Source: Lama guanicoe
Lineage: Eukaryota
Assembly: GCA_013239625.1 (NCBI GenBank)
Contig: MU054323.1
Coordinates: forward strand, 11,741,815 to 11,805,814
Direction of reading: 5' to 3'
DNA length: 64,000 bases
The notes below the pieces were generated by a model. It searched no databases and was not told where the DNA came from. It was given only the letters and a program-made list of their open reading frames with translations. Shown here one piece after another: positions 62,061 through 64,000 of the stretch. The number at the start of each line of letters is the position of its first letter. Within the stretch, counting starts at the first letter, position 1. Made by a program: the position numbers and the translations under genes.

Positions 62061-63331
62061 TTATTTCAAGCAAATGTTTGCTAACCTGGCAGGATGTCAG
62101 GCCCACAAGCCATCAGAAGCAATGGTATCCTCCAATTAATGGCATTTAACCATGCCAGGCTGACCTGTCCAACTCAGAGCCTGATTCAAAGTCTTCACTC
62201 CACACTCCTGGTCTTCCAGGGATCCAGAAAGGTGAACCAGGATCAAGACGATGAGAAGAGCTTCCAGAAAGAGGGAGGAGCCTGTTCTGAGGCATGACCT
62301 TCAGAGCCTCAAAAAGATGCTCCCATGATCAGCCACAGAGGAGTTCCACCCCGAGCCCAGGGACAACAAGGGAGCCTTAACCACAGGAAGGCATCCAGGG
62401 AGATGAGGCAGGAGGCACGCTGGGTGAGGCAGAGAAGTTAGCTTCTGCAGCCCCTGGCCTGGGCACCGATGTACACACCGGAAACACCCAAGTCCCATGC
62501 TGACTTCCGCCACCTCTGTCACACTTGTGCCATCTCCCTGTCACCACTGCCCCACCACCTTCTTAGGGGCTCATCAGAAGTCATCCATTTCCGTTCTCTG
62601 CATTGCTGTAACCCCTCAGCTCGCTCGTGCCTTTCTGTTGCTTATCTAATGGAAATGCTTGGCTCCGGCCCACGTGCCACACTTTCTCTGCCACCATCAC
62701 CTCCCACCCTGGCCATCAGGCCTTCACTACGTCCCAGGCTCTCTGGACCAGGGCCAAACTATTCCAGGCGAACCTTGATTTTCAGGCACACAGAATTGCC
62801 AGCTCTTCCACCCTCACACCTGCTACTCCCCCCACACCACTGCCTTTTAGCCCCAGAAGTCAGCTCAGACCCAGGGACCTGGGACCGTCGTGCTGAAGCA
62901 GGTGCCTTCAGAGTGTCTGCTCATACCCGTGCTCTTAATCCCCAGGGCGCTGACCTTTACTTTCCATCCCTCTCCAGGCCTTTCTGCCACGGAAGAATGT
63001 GACCTTGAGCAAGTAACTTCATCCCTCTGGAGATGTGCTTACAGCTATGAGGACAGAGTTACAGGAATTATGTTAGAAGGTGAGATAAAAAAGACCCTAT
63101 GAATTTAGCAATACTTTCAAATGAATTTGTATTTTATTCATTACAACACCATCATCTGGAAAATAGTAGTCCATAGATGAGTCAGATTTATTACTGGTTC
63201 TCCAACAGCAAAGCGAGGACTGGTACACTATGGACTCCTGGACCCAGGGTAATAATTCCTCAGTCCCCTAGGGGTCCACAGCCTACAGGTTGGCAAATAG
63301 TTGACTAAACCATCTCTGTGGGCCTTTCAAG

Positions 63332-63720
63332 GTCATTAATTCAACAAATATTTACCGAGTGCCTGCCAGGAATTGTTCATTCTAGTTGGGGAGACAGAAA
63401 ATCCAAGAGAAAAAATAAAAAGAATGACTAATCATGGCAACTGGTAGGAAACATAAGGACTGACATTAAAAATGAGGCAGCATGGGGAGTGCAGTCTCCT
63501 TTAGAGGGACCAGCTAAGGAAGGCTTCTCTGGGATGGTAACATTTGACCCTAGGACCCCGACTATGGCAAGACACCAGCGATGGGAAGGGGTGGGGTGGG
63601 GTGGGAAGAAGGAGGGCAGAAGGCATTCCAGGAAGAAGAAACAGCCTTTCCAAAGGCTCTGAGGCAGGTGCCATTGTGGTCTGTTTAGGACCATTTTGGC
63701 TGAAGTTGAAGGGGCAAATT
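63332..63720 (-). mobile_element. L2 3' region
   Basis: CATTAATTCAACAAATATTTACCGAGTGCCTGCCAGG...AAGGAAGGCTTCTCTGGGATGGTAACATTTGA...GCATTCCAGGAAGAAGAAACAGC. Confidence 0.8.
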
Positions 63721-64000
63721 ATAGAAGGAAAAGCTATTCCACTTGAACAGATTGACTTCAACGGTTATGCACATCCAGAAGGCAAAGTCAAGACAGCTGA
63801 ACAGAGAGCACGTAACACTCAGATCCCTGAGCGAAACCCATACATTCAGGGGTCATCAACACAGAGAAGATTCCTCAAACTCTGTGAAAAGTGATGGAGC
63901 TTAGAGAAAGAAGAGAAGAGGGGCTCCAGACCCAGTCCTGAGAAATACCACCACTGAGCTGGAGGAGAGAAGAAAGAGATGAGGAGGGGCAGTCATGGAG

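Overview
This is mammalian genomic DNA, most likely camelid, because it carries two tRNA-derived SINEs of the camelid Vic-1 type and artiodactyl-type L1 3' ends. I could not support any protein-coding exon. The listed ORFs are chance ORFs or transposon debris, so the window looks intergenic or deep intronic. It is built from ancient repeats (MIR, L2, CR1/L3, HAL1, old L1, a decayed ERVL provirus with an LTR16-type LTR, MLT1/MLT2 LTRs, hAT and Tigger elements), with repeat-free blocks rich in homeodomain/TALE motifs between them. The clearest structures are: a tailless 33-nt U2 snRNA retrocopy with a 15-bp TSD; a tailless, twin-primed L1 insertion made only of ORF2 RT sequence with a 15-bp TSD; an unidentified polyadenylated insert with a 10-bp TSD; a 651-bp non-tandem duplication whose mismatches sit mostly at its edges; and a hAT transposase fossil with a perfect 24-bp palindrome. 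I found no evidence of a new multi-gene system. Repeat family names come from recalled consensus sequences and need Dfam/RepeatMasker confirmation, and many repeat boundaries are approximate.
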